Shown here piece after piece: positions 35,835-48,400 of a stretch of DNA of 64,000 nucleotides. Positions within the stretch are counted from its first letter, which is position 1, and each line of letters begins with the position of its first letter. Where the stretch lies: the NCBI GenBank assembly GCA_002189035.1, contig NEEC01000011.1:2418001-2482000 (forward strand). The letters run 5' to 3'. This stretch comes from Utricularia gibba. Lineage: Eukaryota > Plantae > Magnoliophyta. The position numbers were made by a program, and so were the translations under genes. The notes beneath the pieces were generated by a model, which saw only the letters and a list, made by a program, of their open reading frames with translations, made no database searches and was not told the origin of the DNA.

Positions 35835-37780
35835 ATGGACCCCAACCATCGTCTTGCGAGACTTTCAGCTCATCTCCATCCCCATAATTCCCAGGTTCTC
35901 ATTTTGATCCATTGCATAAGCAGTTTTGTTTTGTATCTTCTCGTTGTTTCTGGTGAAAAAATGTTCCATGGGTTGTTTTCATTTGATAGAGCATGGGGGA
36001 GAATCTCGTTTTGAGACGGGGAGACTGCAGGGCGAAAGGGGCGCGCCTGGGTTCAAAGTGGCGATTTTGGGTGCTGCGGGAGGTATTGGTCAACCTCTCG
36101 CGATGCTGATGAAGATAAACCCATTGGTTTCTGTTCTTCATCTCTATGATGTTGTTAATACACCTGGTGTTACGGCTGATATTAGTCATATCGATTCCTC
36201 TGCAGTTGTAAGTGGAATTTTTTTATATCTACGCACTTGGTATTTGAATTGGCGATAATGGTTGTGAAAGTGAGTGGATTGATGTATTGTGTTGATTTAG
36301 GTAAGGGGATTTCTGGGGCCTCAACAATTAGAGAATGCTTTGACAGGAATGGACCTTGTGATCATTCCGGCCGGAATTCCACGGAAGCCGGGAATGACAA
36401 GGGATGATCTTTTTAACATCAATGCTGGAATTGTGAAAACTCTTTGTGAAGGAATAGCAAAGTCCTGCCCTAATGCTATTGTAAATCTCATTAGCAATCC
36501 AGTGAACTCCACAGTTCCAATTGCAGCTGAGGTATTCAAGAATGCAGGAACTTATGATCCAAAGAAGCTTTTGGAGTAACTATGCTTGATGTTGTTCGTG
36601 CCAATACATTCGTGGTATGGTACAGACACCTGTCTTGATTTCATTTTCTGCATCTGGATCATGTGGGTAAATCTGATCTCCGAGAATCACCTGAAAGGCA
36701 AACATACCCGAACATGTGATGAAATTTTTATGTATATTTTGAAGTAAATTGTAGATTCTTTTTCTCTGTAGGCTGAAGTCTTGGGACTTGACCCTAGAGA
36801 GGTTGATGTACCTGTGGTTGGTGGTCATGCTGGAGTTACAATTTTGCCTCTCCTATCACAAGTATTCACCAGATCAACAAAGGAGCTTTTAAAAATTATG
36901 TACAAGCGGTGATCACCTTGCTTTTCTTGGTTCGCAGGTAAAGCCACCCAGTTCCTTTACACAGGAGGAGATTGAATTCCTTACAAAGCGAATTCAGGAT
37001 GGTGGAACAGAAGTAGTTCAGGTATGAGCCAAGCCACTCATTTATTTCTGAACTTGCTTGGTTCTCTTTGTCTTTTTACCACAAAAATGGTCAACAATAC
37101 GCATCGAACTTTAGTATTTCTCAAAAAAATGAAAAAAATCAACCAGATGAATCGTACAGCATTTCTAACTTTTAGTTGAAGTTTAAGAAAGATTGGGAAA
37201 AATTGATTCATGAAGTTGGAAATGTACCTATTCTTGCAGGCCAAAGCAGGAGCTGGCTCAGCAACTTTGTCAATGGTCAGCAATCTAACTAATTGATTCG
37301 CAACGTCTTGCACTAAGATTTCACTGTCAAAAGTGTGCACATCTCGAACTTTCAGGCATATGCTGCTGTAAAATTTGCTGATGCTTGTCTCCGTGGCTTG
37401 AGGGGAGATGCGGGTGTAGTCGAGTGTGCCTTTGTTGCTTCTCAAGTAGTAAATCCACCATTTTTTTTTTCAAGATTTCTCATGCACAATTTTACTCAGC
37501 CCTTGTTCCTCAGCCGCGTTCCTTCCTTTTCACCTGCAACAGGTCACAGAACTTCCATTTTTTGCTTCCAAAGTCCGACTCGGGCGTGGGGGTGCAGAGG
37601 AGGTGTATCAGCTCGGTCCGCTGAATGAGTACGAGAGGTATGAATGGCAGTGGTAAAGCATTACAATTTCAGTCACCTTGCAATAATTCTCGAATGATCT
37701 CTTTAAGGGTGGGGTTGGAGAAGGCAAAGAAGGAACTAGAAGGGAGTATTCAGAAGGGAGTTTCCTTCATCAGGAAATGA
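35835..37780 (+). CDS. PMDH: Peroxisomal/glyoxysomal NAD-malate dehydrogenase; apparent frameshifts at 36038-36041 and 36573-36574
   Basis: PTS2 [60 protein letters not shown]. Confidence 0.95.
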
Positions 37781-38575
37781 TGATGAATTCAGTGAGCTTT
37801 GAATCCCAGTTTCAGTCTATTCTATGTTCCAGCGTTGTATAAATAAATACTTGGATCCATAAATCATGTGAAGAAGAAAAAGCTTGATCCCATCAAAAGA
37901 GGACAAGAAGGTTAAAACTGATAAAGCTAGAAATTTGAAACTATTAGGTGCAGCCACCTTGCACATTATTCCATCTCAGTTCTAATGTATTATAATCGAA
38001 TCAGCTTCACTGGTACCTGGCAAAACCATCGATATGTCACCAACGTCTACTCGATGTAGCGTTCTCTCAGAGAACATTATGCATCCATTCACCATGAATC
38101 CAGTAAAAAAAAACCTCTAGTTTTACCACTAGGGAGCATCCTGGAAGAGTTGCAAAGAACTTTGAGAGGTGGGATTCGAATGCTGGGCGTAGCAGAGAGG
38201 CTGAGAAGCCCCTTAGTTATTGCATGCCTGAAGAAGCAGAAGCTCCTCTCTTTGCGGTTGATTCCTGGAAATCTGCAACAATCAGTGAACCGTCTGGGAA
38301 GGTTAACTGCATTATTTGGCAAACTAGGGAATTAATCATGTCTGATTAAAAATAAGCTGTATGAATAATGACCCACTCCCTTGATCATGGACTGCCTACG
38401 AGCTGCCGAAATGTAGCTGATGCGATAATGCCCACCAACCTCTTGACTCTTACAAGCTGCATCAGCGGCATTCAAAACCAGCTAGGGCTTGCATGAGAAG
38501 TAACGCCACTCCACTTCATCTATATAAGGCACCACTCCCTCGTTCCTCCACTCCACCACACACCCCACTGCGAAA

Positions 38576-39031
38576 ATGGCTTCCCACTCCGTGCTCCTAA
38601 CCCTTCTCCTCATCGCCTTGTCGATATCCGTCTCGGCCGCCACCGATCGCCTCACCCCAGTGCTCTCTCGCCATCCACCCGCGACGGATCCCGATTCGCG
38701 AAACAACGACAGGTCCGACAATCCCTCGACGACCGAACCTGGGGCCATCGACCCCGGCACTGCGTATCCTGGCACCGCATACCCCGGCGCCGGAACGGCG
38801 TACCCGTACGGAGTTTACCAAGGGGGCGGATACCCCGGATCGGTTTACCCGGGTTATGGATATGGAACACCATCAGTGTATCCTTTTTCAGCGTATCCTC
38901 CGTACTATCTCCCGCCATATTACCAAGGTCCGAATACGGGTTACTATCCGCCCGTTTACCCCGGAGGTAATTATCCCAACACTCGCCCCTACCATATCTA
39001 TCCTGCACCGGAGATCCCCACCGTTCCTTGA
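38576..39031 (+). CDS. Secreted Tyr/Pro/Gly-rich repetitive protein (putative cell-wall or extracellular)
   Basis: TATATAA at about 38521, hydrophobic signal peptide, single exon, GTAYP/xYP repeats, AATAAA downstream at about 39122. Confidence 0.8.
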   Translation: MASHSVLLTLLLIALSISVSAATDRLTPVLSRHPPATDPDSRNNDRSDNPSTTEPGAIDPGTAYPGTAYPGAGTAYPYGVYQGGGYPGSVYPGYGYGTPSVYPFSAYPPYYLPPYYQGPNTGYYPPVYPGGNYPNTRPYHIYPAPEIPTVP

Positions 39032-39318
39032 AGACTTGATATGAAATGAAGCGCTGTGTCATCGGTCACGTGTTTTTGTGTGTTGCTTGTCATGTGGTAG
39101 TTCACATGTAATGTCGATTAGAATAAAGTTGTGGTGTGTTAAGGTGATTGATTAGGTTTTAAAACCCTTCATTTGTAACATTTCATTTTTTACTGATAAA
39201 AAAAAGGTAATCAGGATTTTTCATGAATGATATTAATCTAAAAAATTAATTAATCATTTTATATTAAAAATGACATCAAATTGATAATAATAATTTTAAA
39301 ATTTATAATGTATATACA

Positions 39319-39322
<4 letters not shown>

Positions 39323-39364
<42 letters not shown>
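39323..39364. repeat. (TA)n microsatellite
   Basis: About 21 TA units in AT-rich spacer. Confidence 0.95.
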
Positions 39365-39365
<1 letters not shown>

Positions 39366-39824
39366 CTTACAAAAAGGTCGAAAATTAAATATATGTATAT
39401 ATATATATATTGATTTTGTATAAAAATATTAAATTAAATGTAAAAAATTATAAATTTGAATTGAATTAGATTTAATATCGAAATCAATTCTGAATTTTAA
39501 AACATTGTATCAAAATTATTTTATTTAAATGGAATGTTCAGTATCTAATTTTCATATTTTTATTTCTGAAATTTTCATTTGGAATCAGAATAAATAATTG
39601 CATTAATTTTTATTGTAATATAATTATTTAAAATATCTCCAATCACCTGGATAGAAGTATTGCATTACGCAGGCTGATAGGGGTAAAACCGGGAAAAGAA
39701 AAAGTACTTTATTGTATAATTATTCCGATGCAAAACAAAAACGCGGGAAAACAACGAAACTTCCCATTCTCAAATCTGTAACACTCCGGCAGTGTAATTT
39801 GGAGATCCGCCGTGAGAGAGATCG

Positions 39825-42582
39825 ATGGGCGCGGAACACGCGGCGGAGGAGGCCAAAAGGCTACTGAGAACCAGGATTATGGATCCTTCTTTCGTGTTTT
39901 CCTTTTTCTCGCGAAACTCTAATTCCAACTACAGGTTCATTGCTCGTCCCCTCTGTTTAGTTGGTTAAATTGTTTGTCGTCTGTTCGAAAGTTAGCGATA
40001 CGAGTATTTCTTGGACTGTAATTGATGAAATTGAAAGCGGGTTTCTAAATTCTAATACCTCCGGTCTTTTTCCTCCCTATCAGCAATTTGAAGTACATTA
40101 TATCAAGTTCAGTAACGGAAGCATGTAACAACTCAGCTTTGCTTCTGGGTCCTAGGGGCTGCGGGAAAACAGCGGTTTGCATTATGTTTTTTACGTTTTT
40201 TTTTATACGGGTATGATATTTCAGGTATAAAGCTAAACTAATTCAATGTGGAATTTTTCTCGTGTTAGATCTTGGAGCTCGTCCTTGAAGAACTAATGAG
40301 AGAACATCCCGGCATGATTTCTGTTGTATGTGTTATCAACTCTTACGCTCCACCTAAAGACACCCTTTTGAGGGTAGGGGGTGTAATGGATTACTTGCTG
40401 ATTTTTTTTTAGGTTAAGCTCAACGGGCTTCTCCATGGTGACAGCAAATGTGCAATGAAGGTAATTTTGGCCTTTCAAAATATCATATGCGTTTCGTGAA
40501 TATCTTTTGAGGTATCTACCCATTAATCTGCAGGAGATTGCCAGGCAATTGTGTGTCGAGTATGAATTGGTCTTTTCGAGGATGGTAACACTAACCTATC
40601 TGATGTTGGTGAATATAGTTGGATCTTGCCAAGCTGCTAAAAAATTATATTTCTATATGGCAGGCATCATATGAGGACAACTCAACATTTTTGATATCCA
40701 TGTTGCGGTAAATTCTTATGGCATTAGCTTCCATACTCCTTTAATCTCCACATCGCTTGTTTTTCAATAGATTCTAACCTTTTTCCTTTTATCTAGAGAA
40801 TGTGGTCTAGCTCATAAAACGCTAGTTTTTGTCCTTGATGAATTTGACCTTTTCACACAGGTAATGTTATCTAATGAAGAAATCCCTGAAAGTATATTCG
40901 GCATTTTTCCGTTCATTTCTTGTTCGGTGTTCATCCAGAACTTTTAATTTACAGGGAAAGCAACAACTGCTTTATAACTTGCTTGATGCACTTCAGTCTC
41001 TTACATCTGAAGCTGTCGTTGTTGGAGTTAGTTGCCGACTGGTATGTTGTCATTTCGGCCAAGTTATCTAGCCGTATCTCATATTGATTCTGTTTTACTT
41101 TTGTGTTTCGCCTCAAATAAGTGTTGACTTAACGTTGTCGCAAGCAGTTCTAAGTCTGTAGATGGTGGATTTTCTCTCTCCCTAAATACAGGATGCTGAT
41201 CAGCTTCTGGAGAAACGTGTGGCGTCTCGTTTTTCACACCGGAAGTTGTTGTTTCTTCATCCGTTAAGTGAGGATCTGCAAAGGTGCATTTTTCTTTTTC
41301 TTCTTCAGAACGCAATTAACCTACCTAGGCAATTTACTATGCTTGTGTTTTGTGCTAATATGCAGACTTACAAAGCACATACTGCAGTTGTCAACGGACT
41401 CTGGGCTTCCAAATGATTATGTTGCTGCATTCAATACAAGACTTTATGTATCCTTGTAATATGATATTAACCTCACAATGGTTAGTTTGCTTCATAGTAA
41501 GGTATTCCAATACTGGAGCTATCCTGTCCTTAAAAGACGAACTTCAATGCTTGATCTTTTTTATATCGTCCATTGAGGATATCTTAACACAGTTCACAGA
41601 AGCTTCTGGCAGACGAAAAGTTCAAAGGTATCATTGATACACTAACATATGTTGATGCAACCATCAGCCATCTGTTGAAATTTCTGTGAGTTCATCTACT
41701 TTTTTAGAAGTAAACAATTTGATGCAAGTATTTAGTGCTTATTATTTTGCTTAATCCCTTCAATGTACATTGAGGTTCTGCGCTGTTATTCTTCTGGACT
41801 CGAAAGCAGGCATTCTGTCACTTGAGATCTTTAAAACTGCACTCCAAATGGTGCAGAGACAGCCAAAGCTGGAGTGTTTGAAAGGTCTCTATTTTTAAAC
41901 CTAATTTCCATAAAATCTTGAAGCATGTATCTGGCCTGAACTGAATATCTGCTCTGCAGATTGCTCCATACTGGAGCTTTACATTCTGGTTTGCATAAAG
42001 AGGATGGAGGCTAAAGAGCAGAGTACATGCAATTTCAACTCTGTAATGAAAGGTGTGCTCCCTTTTCTTTTGTTGTCGATGATCTCTCCTTTAATCAACA
42101 AAAAGTTGCCATAGAACGACAAAAGAGCTTGATGCAGTGTCAAGTCAGAATGCAATGAACCTATTTCCATTTATCTCTTATCTACAGAGTACAAAAGCAT
42201 ACATGATACCTTCCAGACATCAGACTACTATGCACGAAACGTCTGCTTAAGGGTGAGTAAGCACTCATACTCGGATACTTGTAACTTGCATCGATAACTG
42301 AACTTCATCTGTTGCCTTCAGGCATTCCAGCATCTTCTCGACCGGCATCTGCTATCCTTTGAGGATGGCAAAGGGTACGGCCAATCAACGGAGTTTCGCC
42401 CGGTGAAGCTGCTAGTATCATGGCCGGAACTTCACTTAGCCCTGAAATCTCATCGCTCTTGTCCAGTGAGTCAACTAACTTCCCCTTAACAAGATCTCAC
42501 ATTGCTATATGAAAATTACATGAAACTTGATGATTCATTGCAGACGATCTTACGCAAACTGATGATGGATCGTGAAGGCTGA
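39825..42582 (+). CDS. ORC4: Origin recognition complex subunit 4, multi-exon
   Basis: Walker A LLLGPRGCGKT, Walker B FVLDEFDLF, QQLLYNLLD, LLEKRVASRFSHR, DCSILELYIL. Confidence 0.92.
41448..41599 (+). other. U12-type (minor spliceosome) GT-AG intron in ORC4
   Basis: 5' site GTATCCTT; branch-like TCTTAAC 11 nt before CAG; splicing joins FNTRLY to KLLADEKFK in frame. Confidence 0.78.
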
Positions 42583-42900
42583 AGATTCTTCTTGTTTAAG
42601 GTGGGAGCTTGCTGTTTAAGCAACGATCCATGAGTCGACCTGAACAAGCTATGTCATACCTATAATGAGAGAAATTGAGATTACAGTTTGGGTGGAACCT
42701 GTAATTATCGAAGAGTTTGGGTGAAAATGCAATTTGAAAAACTACTAACTTTATCGGAAAAGGGTTCAGGTGATATGAATTTGTAGACGGGATGTGGTAA
42801 AAGGAATTCGATGAATATTTTAATTGTGAACATCAGGATCCATGGCATCAGGTTTCCCGGCAACGTTATCTTAGGTGGAGGTTGTCCGTCGGCGAAAACC

Positions 42901-44356
42901 ATGGCGGGTGTAGCTCTGTCAAACTATCTCGCTGGGGGCTGCGGAGCGTGGGTGTACTCCGGCCACCGCCTCACGGGCCAAATTCCTCCCCTCTCCCGCC
43001 GCCGCTTAAATCTCATCAGGTGCGTTGGGGAATCATCTGACAGTGCTACCTCTAGACCCATTTCGGAAAAGGTGCCCCTGAAAGACGCGAACTCTAATGG
43101 TGTCGCGTTCGTGGGTCAGGAAGATGTGCCGCTGGAGGGGGTTATTCAGTTCGAGAAGCCCAATTCTACATCCTTTTTGGCTAAATGGGGGTACATTTTT
43201 ACTGCTTTTTTGGTGTTTGATAGAATTCCTCACTGAAGAAAGGATCGACTTTGCAGTCGCGTAGCTTTGCTTGCGTGCGGCGATGTGTCGGCTTTGCTTT
43301 TGTTCACGGCAGTCGGAAAGATTAGCCATGGATTCCCCGTCTTTGAACTTAGCACTCTGCAAACTGCTGATCCTTTTATTGCTGGTAAACTTCTTCGTGT
43401 TTGAATTGTCGATGGAGTGAGTGAAGGAACTTTCCTGATATATTCTTAGATGCGTTTTATAGCCCAAGAAAACTAACTGTCTTAAGCGCATAAGATGTAT
43501 GAGCTATAACCAAAGCTCAGTGTCCCCTTACTCCCCTTGAAGTGGATTTAGCACCTGTTGCAGTTTAGGATAATGGAAGCCCCAGCCAATTCTGTGAAAC
43601 CGCCTGTCTCTTATTTCATTGGTTTCACCTTCATTGATGTAGGATGGCTGTTGAGCGCATACTTCCTTGGAGGATACGGAGATGATGGGAAAGGAAAGAA
43701 TGGTGTGACTGCTGGTATTACTGCAGCTGCTAAATCCTGGGCCGTGGGAATTCCGGTAATTCAGCTTGAACTCCAACACTCTTTTCCAATTTGCGAAGCA
43801 GCTGTCAGTTGCTTTGCCTTTTGATGTTTGCTTATCTTTCTGCATTCAATATCTTCCGCAATTTGCTAATGCGTCAGACTATTAGTGATAACAAGTCATT
43901 TAGCAGAAATATACTCGTATTTTTGATGATGAAAAGATAAATGGTCATATATGTGAAAACTATGTGCTAGGTTAGCCCTTGAACATGGTATTCTCTTCTT
44001 GTGTTGTATTCACTACTTTGCTTCATTGCATGGTTTCATTGCCTGCTAATTTGCTTCTGTACCATGGAGCAGTTGGGATTGATTATTAGAGGTGTGACAA
44101 AAGGGCAAGTACCACCAACTGGTTTCATTTTAGTGACAATGGGAAGCACCGCAGTACTTATGATTGGATGGAGAGCATTGTTACTAAGCATTTGGCCTTC
44201 AAAGAAGAATGATGACTACAAGCAAGGGAGCCCTTTTGAACTCTTTGAGGTCATCATCTTTATGCATATTACAACTTACATTCATTCGAATTTTCTTCAA
44301 GATTGTGAATTTGGCCTTTTCTGCAGTTACTGACTTCGCTGGTCAGAAGATGGTGA
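42901..44356 (+). CDS. DUF3054 family membrane protein with probable plastid transit peptide
   Basis: CGDVSALLLF, TADPFIAGW, KSWAVGIP, C-terminal GSPFELFELLTSLVRRW. Confidence 0.82.
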
Positions 44357-44656
44357 CCTTCTTCAACCAGACAGTAGCAGCCCCATCCTTGTAATCATCC
44401 CAAGAAACAGTACAAACCATGATAAGTATTCAGATTTTTGTTCACTTCATCTCATTTGAGAAATCCCCCGTGCTCTCTCAACCAGAAGAAAAAAAGATCA
44501 TTGCCATGCAGTTTGGCTGCAGCTGGTCAACTTCTTAAACTGATCTCTTGGCTCAGAAAAGGGAGTGGAGGGGTTGACTTTGAGATCAGAGTCCACACAG
44601 CTTTACTGAAATCAAAAGCTGATAAGCATTATCATTAGCAGCAGCAGCGCATCTTG

Positions 44657-45164
44657 TTCTTGTTCCAAAACCATCTACCTGAGTGCAGCAGTGACTGCCC
44701 AAATCACTGCGTTCACAATGGTCATGACGAACCGTACTTGAATACATCCGGAAGGTCGGCGTAGCCGGCTCCACACAAGGTCAGCGACTGTTGAGAGGAA
44801 AATGGAGAGCAATTGCCAAGCTTGTAATGTAACCTCCGGAGGATTTGGAACGAAGAATCTTGTGGCGACTCCGATTATAACCGAGATCAATAACCGTATC
44901 ACCGAGGCGCCTTGTTCCGGTGGATGAAGATGTCGGGCACTGGCGGCGGAGCATTGGGTTCCGAAACGTGGTTCTGAATGGGAATTTGTGGGAATGGTGG
45001 CGCAGCCTCGCGGCAGGGGAAGTTGGTGAGCGGAGAAGAACGGCGGGAGGTAGGAGGAGAGAAGAGAACAGGCGACACTCTCCGTGTGAATTGTGGAGGG
45101 ACGAGAAACACCAAATAGGGAAACGACGCCGTTTTCGAGATCAAAAGGAATGTGGACCCTCCAT
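44657..45164 (-). pseudogene. Internally deleted plastid dicarboxylate transporter DiT2-like pseudogene
   Basis: QGASVIRLLISVIIGVATRFFVPNPPEVTLQAWQLLSIFLSTVADLV (DiT2 N-terminal helices) abuts AGYADLPDVFKYG/FVMTIVNAVIW (DiT2 C-terminus); TAG stop in the expected WWK tail. Confidence 0.85.
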
Positions 45165-45437
45165 GACCCTGTGTGTGAACACAATATAATTCCTTGCGGG
45201 GGTAAAGATGACATTTACTATGAATCAAGCTCAAGCAGAGAGTGTGGTGCTGCTGCATCTGCAACAAGACCAGATCACAAGGAAGAACGAATAGGCTGAT
45301 GCAAAGGCCCCTGAAGCTATAGACAGACACATGGATTATACAGAAGAGCTGAAAACCTGCAACAACATCAACCTTCACTACTAGCTGCCAATTTGTGAGG
45401 GATCAGTTGGTGTAACTAGTAGCCTTTTACCAAGGTG

Positions 45438-48400
45438 TCATTGGTATGTTAGAGTCATGAAGGACTCATCCTCCAACAGGCTTGGGATGTCGATAAGATC
45501 ATCATCGGGATAGTCGGAGTAGTCCATGTTTTCCAGAGCCTCAAGGATCATTGCATCTGATGCATCCTGGAAAAAATGATCAACCATGAGTGTTTGCTTT
45601 CAAGCAAGACAGTGGTACATGGGGAAACAGCAAGACAAAAGCAGACATAGTTGCTCATCAGAAGTGGGATCTGTTTAGAAACATTAGAATGTCAAAGCCA
45701 GGAGGGCTCATCACATGCATGTTCCAAGTGGGAATGAATCAATCAAGCGCTTGGCTTGATGTGTGGATAATAATCATTCGTGTTGTTGATGTGTGGTTTA
45801 CAGAAAGCATGAATTACCTTGGCTTCACGGAAGCCTTCAGCAGCAGTGAGGAGCCTACGGTACTGAGCTCTTGCTTCGGGATGTTGAGCCATGGATTTAA
45901 CCCTATCAAGAGCTTTTTGCATCCTTACCTCAGTTTGCCTTCTTCCCTCCTTAAAAACTTCGTAGACTTCTTCTGATGGTTGTGCTCTACTGCCACCTTC
46001 TATGGTAGACTCCGTTTGAGATTCATTATTCCGGAATCCACGCAATCCGCTTGCTTTGCGTCTCCAGCGCAAAATTGCCTTCTCCATTATACCCACTGAC
46101 CAGAGTATGTTGTGTTTTTTCCTTGCCTGATGCCCCGAAAATGAGCCTTGAAAGAGAAAAACACAAGCTTATTTCATGAGAAAAGAGGCAGTTTCACTAT
46201 CAAGCAAAGCACATGTATCATGTATTTCTGTGGCACAAGGTCGCCTAGTATGGCATTCCCCCACAAAGAAACTACTCCACCTTCATCAATGCAGACTTTT
46301 GAAAGCAATTAAATTCTATGTCTTCACAGAATTCTATGTATCAATTCTGGAACAGAAGAAGCAAAAAACCTGGATCTTGACAGCCTTTTGACGAAGGAGA
46401 AGAAATTCTTTTCGCTTCTTCCAACCACGATACTTTTTCTGAATATGGGTGGCAGCGGCGTTGGCCTTGTGGGAAGACTGGCCGAGCCTGGATGTTCTTC
46501 CAGATCTAACAGCTTGCTTATCTGGAACGAGAAGTTCATTGGACTCACTCTCAAGAAACTGCTTTCTCTGAAATGATTGAATCCGGAAAATTTGGTGAAT
46601 GCGAGCAGCTGCCTGGGTGGCATTACAGACCGCAGCAAGTGAATCCTTGAGTGAGTGCTTATCTGGAACATCTTCTTCCTTTGTGCAAGAAGCTGCTCTG
46701 TCTGAAAGTGTCTCAACTGCTTTTACTTCAGAGACTGAGGTGCCTTCGTCATTCACTCTCAGAGTAGAGAGGTGTGTGGTCAAGGAAATCTCGGCAAGAA
46801 ACCCAGAAATACCCTTGTAGCCGTTGGAAGAAGCCAGGTCAGCAGGAGTTCTGGATAGTGGATACTCAGAAGATGGGTGTGTCAATACTCCAGGCGCTGC
46901 ACCAAGAGAAACCAGAACAGCGACAGCCTCCTCCCTATCATTTAAGGAGAGCATTAGCCTTATGTCATTTCTTCCCTTAATGAGGTTTTTCTACTTGATT
47001 AAGGCATGGAATAAAAAGATAAAAAAAACATCAAGAAATTCCTGCTGAATTGGATGAACAAAACATGTGATGTGAAACCTGTAACGGAAGTGCAGATTAA
47101 GTAACAAGTTCTACCGTTTTCTAAGAAAACACAGGTGCAGATGACGCGAAAACACTAAAACTGAGCAAGCAGTAGGACACGTTCTAGTCAAGGGTATCAA
47201 TATTCATTGTGAGTGAAGGAGATCTCTCTCTGAAGTAGCAGATAAACTATGCCCAGGCGTAGATGATACCTTTATATAAACAAGGATAATTACCTGCCAT
47301 AAAACGCAGCCCAATGAAGTGCTGTCCACCCATACTTGTCACGGAAATCAATCTTAACTCCTGATAAAATAAACGGCTCAAAAGCCCAGATAAAACCAAG
47401 GGCAGCAGCTAGGTGCATTGCACTTTGACCAAATTTGTCAAGAAGTGTAAGTCCCTTCCCATCTTCAGCTACTCTAAGAAGAATCCAGGCGAAGAATGCG
47501 TCTTTTAGGTTCTTCTCAATGAGGAGATCTCCAATACTTTTCTCCAGGCTATTTTCAGCTTCCTGGGAAATCATTTGAAGGTTAATAATCTGCTCCTGAG
47601 CATCATTTCCAGTAGAACTTTGAGGACTTCCTTGTGGTTCTAGGCCCAATATCATCTCAAATCTTTGATATAGATGCATCACTGCTACAGAACCTACTTC
47701 AATGGGGCTTGATATTGGATCAAGTCCAGCCCTATATTCAAATTCCCGAATCTCACTGCAAGCCAATCTGTTTGAACAGGTTACATATAAAGGAACAGAT
47801 CCAGGACTGTTAGGTGGCGCTGCGCAGCAAATAATACCATCAGCTAAAACCTGTGCCGGAACCTCCACCTGCCCAAACATGATTGAAAATCTGGATTCCG
47901 ATAAATCTGCCACATTCTTGAGGAACTTCCCAGTGATAAGGACCTGATTTTGAAGGCAAAAAAAAAAAAAAAAAAATGATGTCAATAATAGTAATGGCAA
48001 TTGAAATTGCTTGGTCCCTTCACCCACAAACTACATGGAAGGCCTTAAATGAAAGTTTGAAAACGAGAATATCAAAGCAAAATCATCAAAGCATGGTATG
48101 TTTTTGGAAGCTGGACTACAAAAGACTCAAGGACACCTTTAAAATTAAACAACAGTACCTTGGTTTCACGATTGGAGTAAGCCCAGTGAGGTGAAAAAAG
48201 AGTAATCGAGAAGAGCTGATCCCGAGAAATAGAAGGACTCATTGTGTCCACACCATCTTGCAACTGCACGGGTATGTTTGATTCATACTCACCTCCCATA
48301 ATACTCCATGAAATTCCACCGCTTGGCTGCACTGTCAATTCATCAACGTCTCCAAGTTCGGTCATCCAACGAGTGAAACTGTCAACTTTCTTCAAGCCAT

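Noticed and set aside
29608-38886. Other GTATCCTT U12-like strings (about 29608, about 38878)
   Set aside because: Both lie inside continuous coding frames (RRYPSP, SVYPF) with no branch or acceptor requirement.
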